Position numbers and translations under genes: made by a program
The notes under the pieces: model-generated
The model's database searches: none
Told to the model about the DNA's origin: nothing
What the model saw: the letters and a program-made list of their open reading frames with translations, nothing else
In this document: one piece after another, positions 33,351-43,979 of the stretch
How the letters are laid out: the number at the start of each line of letters is the position of its first letter
Position numbering within the stretch: position 1 is the first letter of the stretch
Virus record (IMG/VR): IMGVR_UViG_3300030372_004397
Span: 1-48,070 of that record
From: a virus
Taxonomy: Duplodnaviria; Caudoviricetes
Length of the DNA: 48,070 bases
Reading direction: 5' to 3' (one strand)

Positions 33351-34928
33351 TTAATGTTTTATCAACTTAGATTTGCCTCTAAGTATTTGAGTTAATTCTT
33401 CTAATTTAATATTTGATAATCTTAATTTTGCTTTTCTTACAGCGGCAAATTTATCTTTTTTATAATATTGTAGTTGACCTCTACCTACGTTAGCCCTACC
33501 ACTCATCAAGTCACATAGAATATGTTTATACATAGCGTCTTCTGCTAGTTTGTGCACTTTCATTTCTGCTTCAGTGCCTAAGCTGTCGCTTATATAATCT
33601 AATATTACAGTTTTTCCTGAAACGTTAGATGAAAAATGTATTTTTCCTAATACGTCATCTATATAAAACGTACCATTTGTTTGAGCAAGTCTAGGTTCTA
33701 ATCCATATCTTTCTCCTTCATTTGGCCAATATACATTGTTTTCAAAATCTTGATAATCGTTAATATTATTTTCTACTGGCTTTTCTGATTTAAAATTGCT
33801 CCAAGTTGTTGATGTAGTAGTAGCATTTGATAAATAAGACATTGACTCTTCACTTGTAAGTATAATGTCATCTATTTTGTTAGTCGTTGAAGTAGCTTCA
33901 AAAGTAGAAGAGTCTGTACTACCATCTGTTGAAAACTTACCAATGGAGTTTATAACAATCCAAATTTTATCTACCTGACTAACATCTATACCATTTTCAC
34001 CAGTAAAGCTTTTAGTTGAAGCTTGTCCGTCTTCCCACTCTAAATACGCATCAACACTGTCTAAAGTTTGCAACCAAGGTGTAAGACTCATTTCTGGAGA
34101 AGTAGCTTTACTATTTTCATAAGGTATAACAAAAGGTGCCTCTGTTGGATCAACAGGAGCGTTTACTATGTTAGGCTTATTATAAAAAGATGGAGGGTTG
34201 TAATCATTTGGATTAGTAGCTGTTACTCCAATTCTTATTCTACCACCTAAAACGTTAGTTGCAGAGCCTTGAGACGTACCAGTAGCAGAAATATTTAAAG
34301 TACCAACACCAGTAACATCTATTCCTTGCCAACAAGCGTATATTTTACTTAAATTACTTCCATACCCTTCATGCACGTGTTGTTTAAAAGTTAAAACACC
34401 ATTTTCAATAGTTATTGTGTCGTCAGTAGTTGGAGTGCTAATATCAGAATCATAATTATAACTAGCTGGGCTATGATGAAACCAAGGTGCAACTAAATCT
34501 TCACTAAAATCCATATTTATACCTAAACTAAACGAAGAAGGAAATATATAATTACCTATATCATCTTGAGAAACCATAAAAGGATTTGAAGTGTCTTTTG
34601 TAGGGTATAAAGGATGTTTTATACCAGAGCTATCGCTCCAACTAATTTTAGTATAGTTTACGTAATCGTGTGGTAGTATCATTTGTAAAGTAGGAGGTAA
34701 TACTATTTCTTGAGCTTTTACAGATTTAAAAGTATCAAAGCTTAATTCAGCTAAAGCTCTTTGCGCGTGAAAAGCCACATCTATTCTACTAGCTTTTGAT
34801 ATTATTTTACCTTCACCTACATATACAACCATAAATTGATTTATTATATCGTTTAAAGAAACAAATTGATAATTTCCATAATTGTCACTTTGGTAATATT
34901 GTTGATGAGTACTGTCTAATAACGCCAT
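33351..34928 (-). CDS. Tail ring / head-tail adaptor protein with an inserted beta-sandwich
   Basis: Conserved ends (VAFHAQRALAELSFD...LPHDYVNY; IHFSS...LDYISD...VHKLAEDAMYKHI...AKLRLSNIK) flank an insertion of about 220 aa. Confidence 0.7.
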   Translation of the reverse strand: MALLDSTHQQYYQSDNYGNYQFVSLNDIINQFMVVYVGEGKIISKASRIDVAFHAQRALAELSFDTFKSVKAQEIVLPPTLQMILPHDYVNYTKISWSDSSGIKHPLYPTKDTSNPFMVSQDDIGNYIFPSSFSLGINMDFSEDLVAPWFHHSPASYNYDSDISTPTTDDTITIENGVLTFKQHVHEGYGSNLSKIYACWQGIDVTGVGTLNISATGTSQGSATNVLGGRIRIGVTATNPNDYNPPSFYNKPNIVNAPVDPTEAPFVIPYENSKATSPEMSLTPWLQTLDSVDAYLEWEDGQASTKSFTGENGIDVSQVDKIWIVINSIGKFSTDGSTDSSTFEATSTTNKIDDIILTSEESMSYLSNATTTSTTWSNFKSEKPVENNINDYQDFENNVYWPNEGERYGLEPRLAQTNGTFYIDDVLGKIHFSSNVSGKTVILDYISDSLGTEAEMKVHKLAEDAMYKHILCDLMSGRANVGRGQLQYYKKDKFAAVRKAKLRLSNIKLEELTQILRGKSKLIKH

Positions 34929-34932
34929 TTAT

Positions 34933-35661
34933 TTATTGTTTTTCTTGTTGTATTTTACTTATTTCTTTTTGAGTAGCGGCTTGTGCTAAAGTATAATCTT
35001 TTATACCAACACCCGCTAGTTGTAATACTTTTGTAACTAATTTAGTTTCTTCAGAAACATGTAGCTCAAAGTCTTGATGATCTGTAGCACTATTATTATA
35101 TAATGCCTTTTCACCTATAACAATATAAGTCCAGTTAACTTTTTTAGGTTTACTTATGTAAGAAAGCTCAAAAGATCCACTAAGAGGTGTTTTTGGAAAA
35201 AAGTACAATTGGTTATTTTCAACGTAATATACAGGTCTACTTTGCGTTGCTTTTGTAAGTGGTGAGCTTTGTGTTTTTATTAAATCAGTTTTATTTATTT
35301 CTTCAACAAATATTGATTTATCAAAAGGGGTTTGTGCAAAAGCATTAAAGTTGTCTTGTAAAACATAAACATCACCCAGCCTGTAAAAGTTGCTTAAATT
35401 TGTTAAAAGCAAACCATCAACAGCTTGAGAAGAATGTTTAAAAGGATATATTTTTTCTTCTATTAAACCAACCATATCATGGTACTCACTATCGTTACCT
35501 GGTATTCTTTTAAATTGATTTAAATCATAAAAATATTGTTCAAAAATTTCCATTTGTGCTTGATTAGCGTACAAATTAAATTCTTGAGGAGTTATATAGC
35601 CTCTTTGCTCTTTGTTAGCTAACGCTAAAACTCTTTGATATACTGTATCTACACTTACCAT
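34933..35661 (-). CDS. Tail ring / gatekeeper protein (tail tubular A-like)
   Basis: NKEQRGYITPQEFNL.ANQAQ.EIF, P.YY, YISKP..V.W and ELH. Position between the capsid and nozzle genes. Confidence 0.72.
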   Translation of the reverse strand: MVSVDTVYQRVLALANKEQRGYITPQEFNLYANQAQMEIFEQYFYDLNQFKRIPGNDSEYHDMVGLIEEKIYPFKHSSQAVDGLLLTNLSNFYRLGDVYVLQDNFNAFAQTPFDKSIFVEEINKTDLIKTQSSPLTKATQSRPVYYVENNQLYFFPKTPLSGSFELSYISKPKKVNWTYIVIGEKALYNNSATDHQDFELHVSEETKLVTKVLQLAGVGIKDYTLAQAATQKEISKIQQEKQ

Positions 35662-35671
35662 ATTTTTTTTA

Positions 35672-35708
35672 ATTTTAATAAAGTAACCACCCCCGAAGAG
35701 TGGTTACT
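35672..35708 (-). terminator. Intrinsic terminator with a UUCG loop
   Basis: Minus strand AGTAACCAC-TC-TTCG-GGG-GTGGTTACT followed by TTATT. The U tract is weak. Confidence 0.75.
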
Positions 35709-35720
35709 CTACTAAGGTTG

Positions 35721-36545
35721 TTACGAATTTAATCGTTTTTCTATATTTGCATATATTTCCATACCTTCATCAGTTTTAAACCAATGCGCTAAAGCAGTGT
35801 ATGGATGCTCGTCAAAAGGAACTGTCATTACAGGCCTGTTATTAGATCCCCATAAAAAGTTTCTTTGATCTGAACTTAATTTAATAATACCAAGCTCTGT
35901 AGCTTTAATACCAAAATTCCTAAGAGTAACATTGTCATCAGCGGCTAACTCTAAGAATAAAGAAGGATTATTACGAGCAAATACTAGTAAATCTCTTTTA
36001 AGTTCCTTAGAACTCATCTTAGATACTTCAGAGCCTTTTTCAACACGCATAATAGCTTCTGCTAAATCAATATCTATTTGTCTAGCCATTAATATCGCGT
36101 CTGCTTCTAACTCTAAAAGCTCTATTTGTTCAGCGGCTTCTTTAGCTGGCTTATATTCTGAAAATAATTTATCTCTATGTGGGTGATATAAAGATAATAG
36201 TTTTTGCAAAACTGTTTTTTCTTTTGGAACAAACAAGCTTCCACTTCTGAATATTATGTGAGCTAATCTTTGGTCACCTTTCATTTCATCAACAAAAGGT
36301 GTTGTTTGATTTTCACAGTATTTTAGTTCTCTTTCATAACCTTTTTCATTATCAAAATAATAGATGTTAGAACTTCTTATCATGTAAGACAACGGTCTTT
36401 GATTTTTTGTTAAGTTATAAACTCTATCTTTTATTTCCCACTTAGGTTTTTTAGGTTCAACTTTTTTAGGTTTTGGTGTTTCAACAACTGGTGTTTCAAC
36501 AACAGGTACTTTGACCTCTTTTTTTGTTTCTTGTTTTTTTGCCAT
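35721..36545 (-). CDS. Conserved capsid-adjacent protein (probable head-associated)
   Basis: 274 aa directly downstream of the capsid gene. Lys/Pro-rich N-terminus followed by a helical domain. Confidence 0.6.
   Translation of the reverse strand: MAKKQETKKEVKVPVVETPVVETPKPKKVEPKKPKWEIKDRVYNLTKNQRPLSYMIRSSNIYYFDNEKGYERELKYCENQTTPFVDEMKGDQRLAHIIFRSGSLFVPKEKTVLQKLLSLYHPHRDKLFSEYKPAKEAAEQIELLELEADAILMARQIDIDLAEAIMRVEKGSEVSKMSSKELKRDLLVFARNNPSLFLELAADDNVTLRNFGIKATELGIIKLSSDQRNFLWGSNNRPVMTVPFDEHPYTALAHWFKTDEGMEIYANIEKRLNS
36474..36503. repeat. 15-bp tandem duplication (PVVET twice)
   Basis: TGGTGTTTCAACAAC occurs twice in tandem. Confidence 0.9.
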
Positions 36546-36569
36546 AATATAATATATAATAAAATTAAT

Positions 36570-36605
36570 AAAAATAAAAGGCCGAGGCCGAAGCCCCGGT
36601 CTTTT
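36570..36605 (-). terminator. Intrinsic terminator after the major capsid gene
   Basis: Minus strand AAAAGACCGGGGC-TTCG-GCCTCGGCCTTTTATTTT: GC-rich stem, cUUCGg loop and U tract. Confidence 0.88.
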
Positions 36606-36614
36606 AAAAAGTGT

Positions 36615-38117
36615 TTACTTCATTAACATAAAGTTGTTTGCACCTTGAGTAATCAAACATCTTTCTGATAAAAAGTGTAACGACATTGCGTCTAAAGCAG
36701 ATGTAGCAGCACCAACAGAACCAGTAACCCAAGTTTTCATTCTTCGGTCATCAGTTTGTGAAGCTCTATATCTAACGTGTAAGAAAGGTCTCTTCATGCT
36801 TGCTCCAACAGTTTGATCATAAACTGAAGAAGTACCAGCAGGAATCATGATTCCTCTAATAGCTTCAGTAGCGTTAATATCATTAATAGCACCTCTTGTT
36901 GCTAAGTCATTTAAGTATCTAAAGTCAGACTTGTAGAAGTCATAAGAACCTCTTCTAAACCCAGAGAAACCTAAATTAAGCGCCATATCTTCAGAGTTGT
37001 TAAACACACCATAAGATGTACCACCAGCTCCATAAGAGTTCATTGAAGCTAACATATCATCAATAGCTAAACTAGTTGACCTGTTAACAAACATCATGTA
37101 CTCTTCAATAGCACCTTGCTTATCAAACTCAGCAAGTATTGCATCAAACTCAGCTAAATCAGTAGCAGCGTTAACACCAGTAACACCAGAAGTAACATTA
37201 CCTCTAACAGTTACAGCGTCAAATAAACCTTGCGTACCAACTTTATCACCGTTACTACCAATTAAAGCATCAGCGTTTGTAGAATCAGAACTTCCACTAT
37301 CAATACCTTCTAGCATAGCCATTTCTAAATAATCGTTAAAACGAGATCTAGTATCAGCTTCAGCTTTTAAGTACCATAAGTAACCTGATTGACCATTTTC
37401 AGCAGAAACTTCGATCCAACCAATTCTTGAAGCGTCAGAACCGTTTACTTCGTAGTAGTCTTTCAAGATAATAGGCTTATTAGTAAAAGTTTGAAAACTA
37501 GGCTCATTAGACTGATGTCTATCTGTAGCAGCGTTTCCAGCTTCAACGTTGTAAGACTGACCTTTTCCATATTCATTACCATAAACTAGTATTCTACAGT
37601 CTTTATTAGCGTTAGTACCAGTACCGTGAGTAATAGTAGTTGCGCCATAAGGAGCAATAGTAATTGTATCACCGTTTACAACAGTAACAACCGCTTTAAC
37701 AACCTCAACAGAGTTTGCTATAATAACAGTATCATTTACTCTAACACCATGTGCTTGACTAGGAGATCCTGAAGTTGTAGATATACCAGAAGCATGATAA
37801 TAAGCTTCGTCAATATCGCCTTGAATTAATAAAGTTGTAGTAGACGCAGTCTTACCTTTATAAGATAAGTGTAATCTACCTTGTTCAGACCAAACTACTT
37901 GATCAGCAGTCATAGCCTCTTCTGCACCAACTTGAGCAAGGAAACCAGAAATTGTTCTAGGTCCGAAAACCTCAGCTTCTTTTTCCATCAAGTCTGGCAC
38001 GTATTGTTGTCCCCAACCTGCGTTTGACGCAGATGAAAGATCTAGATAGTTTGAAGCAGTAGCTTGCTGTACTGTAGCAGGCACACTGTTTAAACTACTT
38101 CCATTTGTAATTGCCAT
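36615..38117 (-). CDS. Major capsid protein (HK97 fold)
   Basis: 500 aa after portal and scaffold. VVWSEQGRLH, FTNKPIILKDYYEV.GS, LEMAMLEG, GTQGLF, LNLGFSGFRRG. Strongly biased codons and its own terminator. Confidence 0.88.
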   Translation of the reverse strand: MAITNGSSLNSVPATVQQATASNYLDLSSASNAGWGQQYVPDLMEKEAEVFGPRTISGFLAQVGAEEAMTADQVVWSEQGRLHLSYKGKTASTTTLLIQGDIDEAYYHASGISTTSGSPSQAHGVRVNDTVIIANSVEVVKAVVTVVNGDTITIAPYGATTITHGTGTNANKDCRILVYGNEYGKGQSYNVEAGNAATDRHQSNEPSFQTFTNKPIILKDYYEVNGSDASRIGWIEVSAENGQSGYLWYLKAEADTRSRFNDYLEMAMLEGIDSGSSDSTNADALIGSNGDKVGTQGLFDAVTVRGNVTSGVTGVNAATDLAEFDAILAEFDKQGAIEEYMMFVNRSTSLAIDDMLASMNSYGAGGTSYGVFNNSEDMALNLGFSGFRRGSYDFYKSDFRYLNDLATRGAINDINATEAIRGIMIPAGTSSVYDQTVGASMKRPFLHVRYRASQTDDRRMKTWVTGSVGAATSALDAMSLHFLSERCLITQGANNFMLMK

Positions 38118-38137
38118 TTTGTAATAATTTTAAATTG

Positions 38138-39313
38138 TTATTTATTGTTTTTAATTTTAAACTTAAAATCAGAAGAATTACTACCTAATACTTTTACCTT
38201 AACTCCACCAGTCTCAATAGTTCCTTGAGATTGACGTGGATCCATATTTATGTTTTTAGACTTAGCAACACTTTGTTTTAAAGCGTCTGCTTTACCTTGT
38301 TCATAAAAATGTTTAGCAACAGCATCAGCGTTCATAGCTGTAAATAAAGACTTATGATACCCTTTAGCATCTGTTAAAGCGAGGTTTTTATCGACAAACT
38401 TTGTCATAAAATTATTAGAATCGCTTTGTATTTTTTTAACGTTATCAACATCTTTTACATTAAACCTAAACTTTTTATCACCAACATTATATTCAAAACC
38501 TTTGAATTTGTTGTTAAAAAGATTATTTGTTTTTTGTTCAAATATTTTAGTGTTATTTTCTACAGTCTTTTTTGTAACTTCTGATTCTTTGTTGTATCTA
38601 TTAAAAAAATCAACAGCTTTTTGTTGTTCCGGAGTCAACTTTGACCCAGCTTTGATTTCTTCATAGTATTTAGACTTTTGCCCGTCTAAGTAGGACCTAG
38701 CACTGGCAACTTGCTCTTTTAATGCTAGTTTTTTTCTTTTAATATCTCTTTCTTCGTCAACTTCTTCATCGTAAGAAAAAGAATCTTCCATAAGGAAGTT
38801 TATTTCATCTGTAGTTAAATGAGGTTTAGTTTGTTTATAATATTCATATAAAACGCTATTGTCATCTAACTTACTTATATCTTGATTTAATCTTGCGTAA
38901 TCTTGTATATCACCACCAGTTTCTTCCATAAAATCCATAAGTTTTTGGATATTTTCTGGTAACGGTTTACCGGTAGCTTCAGCTTCAGCTACAGCTTCTT
39001 GTACTTCTTCAACTGTAGTTTCAACAGGCTCTTCTTCAGTAACTTCTTCTAATACTGTAGTTTCCTGTGCTTTTGCTTCCGGTTGTACTTCTTCTTGTTC
39101 TTGTGTGGTGTCGGTGTTTTCATCGCTTCCAACCACTCCTGTGTCGTCAGTGTTACTTTCTGTAACTTCTTTGTTTTCATCTTCTTTTGGTTCTACTGGT
39201 TTATCTAAGTTTACTTTAATAACGTTATCTTCTTGTTTTGGTTCTTCAACTTTAACTTTAGTAACGCTGTCTTGTGTAGTTTCTTCAACTACATTTTCTT
39301 TGTTTTCTTCCAT
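38138..39313 (-). CDS. Capsid scaffolding protein
   Basis: Very acidic disordered N-terminus and helical C-terminus. Lies between portal and capsid genes. Confidence 0.78.
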   Translation of the reverse strand: MEENKENVVEETTQDSVTKVKVEEPKQEDNVIKVNLDKPVEPKEDENKEVTESNTDDTGVVGSDENTDTTQEQEEVQPEAKAQETTVLEEVTEEEPVETTVEEVQEAVAEAEATGKPLPENIQKLMDFMEETGGDIQDYARLNQDISKLDDNSVLYEYYKQTKPHLTTDEINFLMEDSFSYDEEVDEERDIKRKKLALKEQVASARSYLDGQKSKYYEEIKAGSKLTPEQQKAVDFFNRYNKESEVTKKTVENNTKIFEQKTNNLFNNKFKGFEYNVGDKKFRFNVKDVDNVKKIQSDSNNFMTKFVDKNLALTDAKGYHKSLFTAMNADAVAKHFYEQGKADALKQSVAKSKNINMDPRQSQGTIETGGVKVKVLGSNSSDFKFKIKNNK

Positions 39314-39342
39314 AATATAATATAATAATAGTTAATAAATTT

Positions 39343-41760
39343 TTATTTAGGCTCAAAAGCCTCTAAATCAAAACCTCCACCTATAATATCATTACCTGCT
39401 GATTCAAAGTTTTTAGGTGGTTTACCTGTTTTTCTTTGATCAATAAGCTCTGATTGTTGTGAGGCTTGAATTTTTGTTCTTTCATCTTTTCTATCTTCTT
39501 TTTGTTTTTCTCTGTTTTTCATACCATCAACTTCAATACCTTTAAGTTTCATATTGTATTGAAACTCTAACTCCATTAATTCTTTTTTAGCTTCAACTTC
39601 TTGTTGCATTTTCTGCATATCTATTTGCGCTTGCACTTGTGCTAACTGAGCTTTTGATTCAGACATAGCTTGATTTTTTTGTATTTCTACTTGAGCGGCT
39701 TGTTGAGAAGCCTGAGCGTTGGCTTGAGATTGAGCTTGTATGTTTTGCATTTGTAATCTTCTATCTGCATCTTGCTTTTTCTTTCTTCTTATTTTTAAAA
39801 GTTGATTTGCTAGTTTGATATTTTTAATTTCTCTAATATCTATAGCATCCTCTAGTTCTATATTTTTTTGTTGTAAAGCCATTTGAATATTATTTTCAAG
39901 CATGGCTTTTTCTTCTTCATCTGGTTGTAATTCTATAAATATACCAAAGTCGTATAAATGTAGACTAGATATTTCTTCTAATGTAGCTACATTATGAGAG
40001 CCTATAGCGTGGATAAAAGCATCTTTAGTTGGCGAATATTCTAAAACATCAGATATTCTAAGTGACAAACATTCTGCCGCTTCAGAAGTTAAAAATAAAC
40101 CGGCTTGTAAAACGTGTCTTGTAGCTGTATTTGAATTTGCTGCTGCTAGTTTTTGCACGCCTACTAAAGCGTTTTTATCTGGCATACTACCGTCTCTAGC
40201 TTCGTTTAACCCAGTAGTATCTCTTATCATTTGTAAGTAATAATTATATGTACCAATTAAAGCTTGTAACTTGTTACCACCAGATCCAGACGTAATTTCT
40301 TGAATAGGCACTTTACCAGGATTAATATCACCTTCACTTGTAAACGATCTACCAATAACACTACCTGTTTGGAAAAACATATTTAAAGCTTCTTGTGGAT
40401 TATAATTTGTACCATTACCTAAATCTATTTCAGCTAAACCATCAGCGTCTAAATAAACGCCATCAGGCACCATACGTGCCATAACCTGCTGTAATTTTAA
40501 ATGAGTAAGTTGTATCATATCAGCAAAACCAGTTATTCTTCTAACTAAACTTTCTATTTTACCGTTATACATACGAGGAGCTACTATAGCGTAATTCATT
40601 TTAACTTTAGTATAATCACTTTTAGGTCTAATCATATTAGCAGCCATTTCCCATCTAAGCAATTTATTAGTTCCTAATACTAAAGCACCATCATATAAAA
40701 CTTCTATATTTCTTTGTAGCTTTGAAAAACCACCTTCCATGTCTTTAGGTGGATCAAACGTGTCGTCTTTAGGTATAATTTTTTCAGCGCCACTACCAGT
40801 TTCTTTAACTTTATAAACTTCGTTCATATAAGTTTTGTAATTAAAATATAAAACTTGAACTTTATTATTATCTTCTTTGTCTGAATTATATCTACTGTTG
40901 TTGTTATTTCTATAATAAGATCTATTATTTAATATTTCTTCCAAATCGCTTTCAGTCAAATAAGGAAACTGTTTTGCAAGTTCGTTTATTGGAATAGATT
41001 TAACTTCACCAACGTAATATATATCTTCAAAATAAGGTGAGTCAGTATAAGAATAAACTAAATCAGCAGGATCTACATAATTTATAGTTACACCTTCTGA
41101 AGTAGTAAAGTTAGTTTTAACACATCCAATACCTAAAACTGCTAGATCATAATAAAATCTTTTTTGTATTAAATCGTAATTATTACCTTGCATTAAAACG
41201 TTTATAGCTTGTTCTTCTGCTAATTCTACAGCTTGTTTGTAATTTAACTGCATGTGTATACCAAGTTCTTCTACATTACTTGGTAGTTCTTCTATAGTGC
41301 TTCTTCTAGTATTTACATTAAACTCTTCAGACATTATAGTATCAAACTCTTTTGTTTCCATGTCGTCTATAATATCTTGCATATACTTTGTTCTTTTATC
41401 TACTCCATTTGGTGATTGAGAAAAAGCTTTAATATCGTAAGTTCTTTGAGACATACCATTTACTAATATATCTACAAACTTAGGTATAATAGGAACGGGT
41501 GTCCAGTCTAAATTTAAATAGGACAAATCACCGTTTATAGATAATTCATCCTTATATTTTTGTATTGATTGTTCGCCTCTAGCATATAACCTTAGATTAT
41601 GAAAATTATTATAATTATTCCTATATCTATTACTGTTTCTATCGTCGTTGAACCATTCGGTTTCTATAGCTTTAGCTATTTTTAAACCATACTCATAACT
41701 AAGTTTTTCAGCATCACTTACTGCTTGACTAGGAAAATAACTTTTACTAGAATATCCCAT
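39343..41760 (-). CDS. Portal protein
   Basis: 805 aa after TerL. PIIPKFVDILVNG, IRDTTGLNEARDG and a Gln-rich C-terminal coiled coil like the P22 portal barrel. Confidence 0.88.
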   Translation of the reverse strand: MGYSSKSYFPSQAVSDAEKLSYEYGLKIAKAIETEWFNDDRNSNRYRNNYNNFHNLRLYARGEQSIQKYKDELSINGDLSYLNLDWTPVPIIPKFVDILVNGMSQRTYDIKAFSQSPNGVDKRTKYMQDIIDDMETKEFDTIMSEEFNVNTRRSTIEELPSNVEELGIHMQLNYKQAVELAEEQAINVLMQGNNYDLIQKRFYYDLAVLGIGCVKTNFTTSEGVTINYVDPADLVYSYTDSPYFEDIYYVGEVKSIPINELAKQFPYLTESDLEEILNNRSYYRNNNNSRYNSDKEDNNKVQVLYFNYKTYMNEVYKVKETGSGAEKIIPKDDTFDPPKDMEGGFSKLQRNIEVLYDGALVLGTNKLLRWEMAANMIRPKSDYTKVKMNYAIVAPRMYNGKIESLVRRITGFADMIQLTHLKLQQVMARMVPDGVYLDADGLAEIDLGNGTNYNPQEALNMFFQTGSVIGRSFTSEGDINPGKVPIQEITSGSGGNKLQALIGTYNYYLQMIRDTTGLNEARDGSMPDKNALVGVQKLAAANSNTATRHVLQAGLFLTSEAAECLSLRISDVLEYSPTKDAFIHAIGSHNVATLEEISSLHLYDFGIFIELQPDEEEKAMLENNIQMALQQKNIELEDAIDIREIKNIKLANQLLKIRRKKKQDADRRLQMQNIQAQSQANAQASQQAAQVEIQKNQAMSESKAQLAQVQAQIDMQKMQQEVEAKKELMELEFQYNMKLKGIEVDGMKNREKQKEDRKDERTKIQASQQSELIDQRKTGKPPKNFESAGNDIIGGGFDLEAFEPK

Positions 41761-41762
41761 AT

Positions 41763-43979
41763 TTATTTTATTATTTGTGAATTAGTTCCAGCGTTATTAT
41801 ATCTGGAAATATTTATGTTTAACTTAGGTTTTTCTATTTTAGCGTTAGGTCTGTACAAATGTCTGTTACAAGCCATAATAGCCAAACCACTACTTATAGT
41901 AGCATCGTATTTTGTTCTTTTGTTTATATCAAACTTAGCCCAATCGTTTAATAAAGAATTAAAATATAAATTACCAAAACTACCATCTTTTTGTATACCA
42001 ACATGATCTTGTATATACATTTCAATTGCGGCAGCGTGGGCTTGTTTTATATCTTCGCTGGTATTAGGTATTCCACCTATTTCTTTTTCAGCTGTTGATA
42101 ATTTATTCCAAACTTTGTCAGGACGATTCATGCTAAAACCTCTATAACCTCTACGCCTTAAGTAATATAATAGACGCGGTTTGTTGTTTTCTGCTAGTAT
42201 TGGCATGCTATAAAATACTAAAGCCATTAGCACGTCCTCAAAAAATATTTCTGCCGTAGGTGGTCGTGATAAGTATTCTAAAAAGAAGCTGTTTGCAGGA
42301 GCGTCCTCCATGCTAAATTTAGTTAGGCCGTGTAATGCTCCTTTTGAACCTTGACCATCTACGGTTCCTGATATGTCATATGAGTCACATCCAAAAGCGC
42401 CCATATGCTCGTTACCAGGATATTTTATACCGTTTTTTATTATAACTCTGTTTTGTAATTCTTGTTTTGGTACCCAGCTTAATTTAAATCTACCTTTAGC
42501 ATCTGGATAAAAAATTACTTGTGAGTCTTTAACACCATTAACCCATTGAAAATTACCAGTTGTAATCCCAAGAGTTCTTGTCATTTCTTCGTTGTAATCT
42601 ATTTGTTCGTATATTTTTACTAAGTTAAATATACTATTTTTTGTTTCATCTCTAAACGCATGTTCTTCAGTTCTTGGAAATTGTCTATAAAACTCGTTTA
42701 AAGCGTCTTGATCTCCTTTTAGACCATCAGCTTCGTTTTGCCAGTGATCTATAACTCCTATATCTATTAATTCTCCATCTGAGGCAAAGACGTCTGAGTT
42801 AGGAGTATCAAAGACAGGAAGTCCGTACTCGTCAATAAATCCTTCATAGTTCCATTCCATTGGGATAAACAAAGAATATAAACCAGATTTTGTCTGACCA
42901 TTTCTATTTCTTTTAGTGACATCTGATGAGCTGTATAGTTTTTTAAAATTTTCTCCACCTTTATCTAATGCGTTTGAAGTCGAGCCCATCATGCACTTGC
43001 CTATAATCCTACTACCTAATCTTAAACATGTTTTTGTAACTCGCCAATTATTTAATATATTATCTGGTCTTTCCCATTTACCACTTTCATCATGTACTAG
43101 TAAGTTTAGCTTTTCACCATCATAACTATTATCACCTGTGTTTTTCCAATCAATAGTAGTGTCTAAACCTTCTAGCTCTTCTACTTTTTCATTTGCTGTT
43201 ATCTTTTTTCTTGTAAACTTACTTGCTGGCACTCTATAGGCTAACTCTGTTTTAGGCCTATCCATACCATCTTGAATAGGTTTAAAAAAGAAAGGGTAGT
43301 TTATACTAATAGGTACTACTTTATCTGTAAACATTTTTTTAGCATCACTACCTGTTTTAGAAAGTATACCATATCTAGCATCGCTAGCTAAAGTAGCTAA
43401 GTTAACTGTTTCTGCGCTAGACATAAAAGAAAAACCACTACGTCTATTTTTAAGATAACACATCCCATAACATCTTCTATCAGCTTTACAAGCTTCCCAG
43501 AATATATAAAATAATCTGTTAGCTTCTCTAAAATCAGGTGCGCCTACATCTATTTTACTCCATTGTAAGTACATATAGTGTGTACCTGTTATATAGGTTG
43601 GTTTATCTTTATTCATAAACCAAAACCCTTCATCTCTTCTTTTAAATTCTTCGTCTATATAATCATACCACCTTTCTTTCGACTCTTCAGGGTATGATCT
43701 CCAATCAAATATATTTTTTAATCTATTTAATTCTTTTGGGTATTCTATTTTTTGCCACTTGTTTTTTCCATTGGTGTGCACTTGCACTGGCAACATTGGC
43801 AAAGCAACGCGCAGACCTTGGATCTCAAGTATTTCACCAATTTGACCAGTTTTTGATATAACGATAATATCGTTTTCTTTATTATATCCATATTTCCACT
43901 TTTTAGTTTTATTAAGCCTTTTAATAGTATTTATTTTTACAGGCTTTATTGTTTTTACTAATGATTGCTTGTAATTCAT
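41763..43979 (-). CDS. terL: Terminase large subunit
   Basis: Walker A-like LKNRRSGFS, Walker B LLVHDESGKW, MGST coupling motif, QFPRT.EHAF, nuclease GCDSYD, ENN and YDATISSG. Confidence 0.93.
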   Translation of the reverse strand: MNYKQSLVKTIKPVKINTIKRLNKTKKWKYGYNKENDIIVISKTGQIGEILEIQGLRVALPMLPVQVHTNGKNKWQKIEYPKELNRLKNIFDWRSYPEESKERWYDYIDEEFKRRDEGFWFMNKDKPTYITGTHYMYLQWSKIDVGAPDFREANRLFYIFWEACKADRRCYGMCYLKNRRSGFSFMSSAETVNLATLASDARYGILSKTGSDAKKMFTDKVVPISINYPFFFKPIQDGMDRPKTELAYRVPASKFTRKKITANEKVEELEGLDTTIDWKNTGDNSYDGEKLNLLVHDESGKWERPDNILNNWRVTKTCLRLGSRIIGKCMMGSTSNALDKGGENFKKLYSSSDVTKRNRNGQTKSGLYSLFIPMEWNYEGFIDEYGLPVFDTPNSDVFASDGELIDIGVIDHWQNEADGLKGDQDALNEFYRQFPRTEEHAFRDETKNSIFNLVKIYEQIDYNEEMTRTLGITTGNFQWVNGVKDSQVIFYPDAKGRFKLSWVPKQELQNRVIIKNGIKYPGNEHMGAFGCDSYDISGTVDGQGSKGALHGLTKFSMEDAPANSFFLEYLSRPPTAEIFFEDVLMALVFYSMPILAENNKPRLLYYLRRRGYRGFSMNRPDKVWNKLSTAEKEIGGIPNTSEDIKQAHAAAIEMYIQDHVGIQKDGSFGNLYFNSLLNDWAKFDINKRTKYDATISSGLAIMACNRHLYRPNAKIEKPKLNINISRYNNAGTNSQIIK

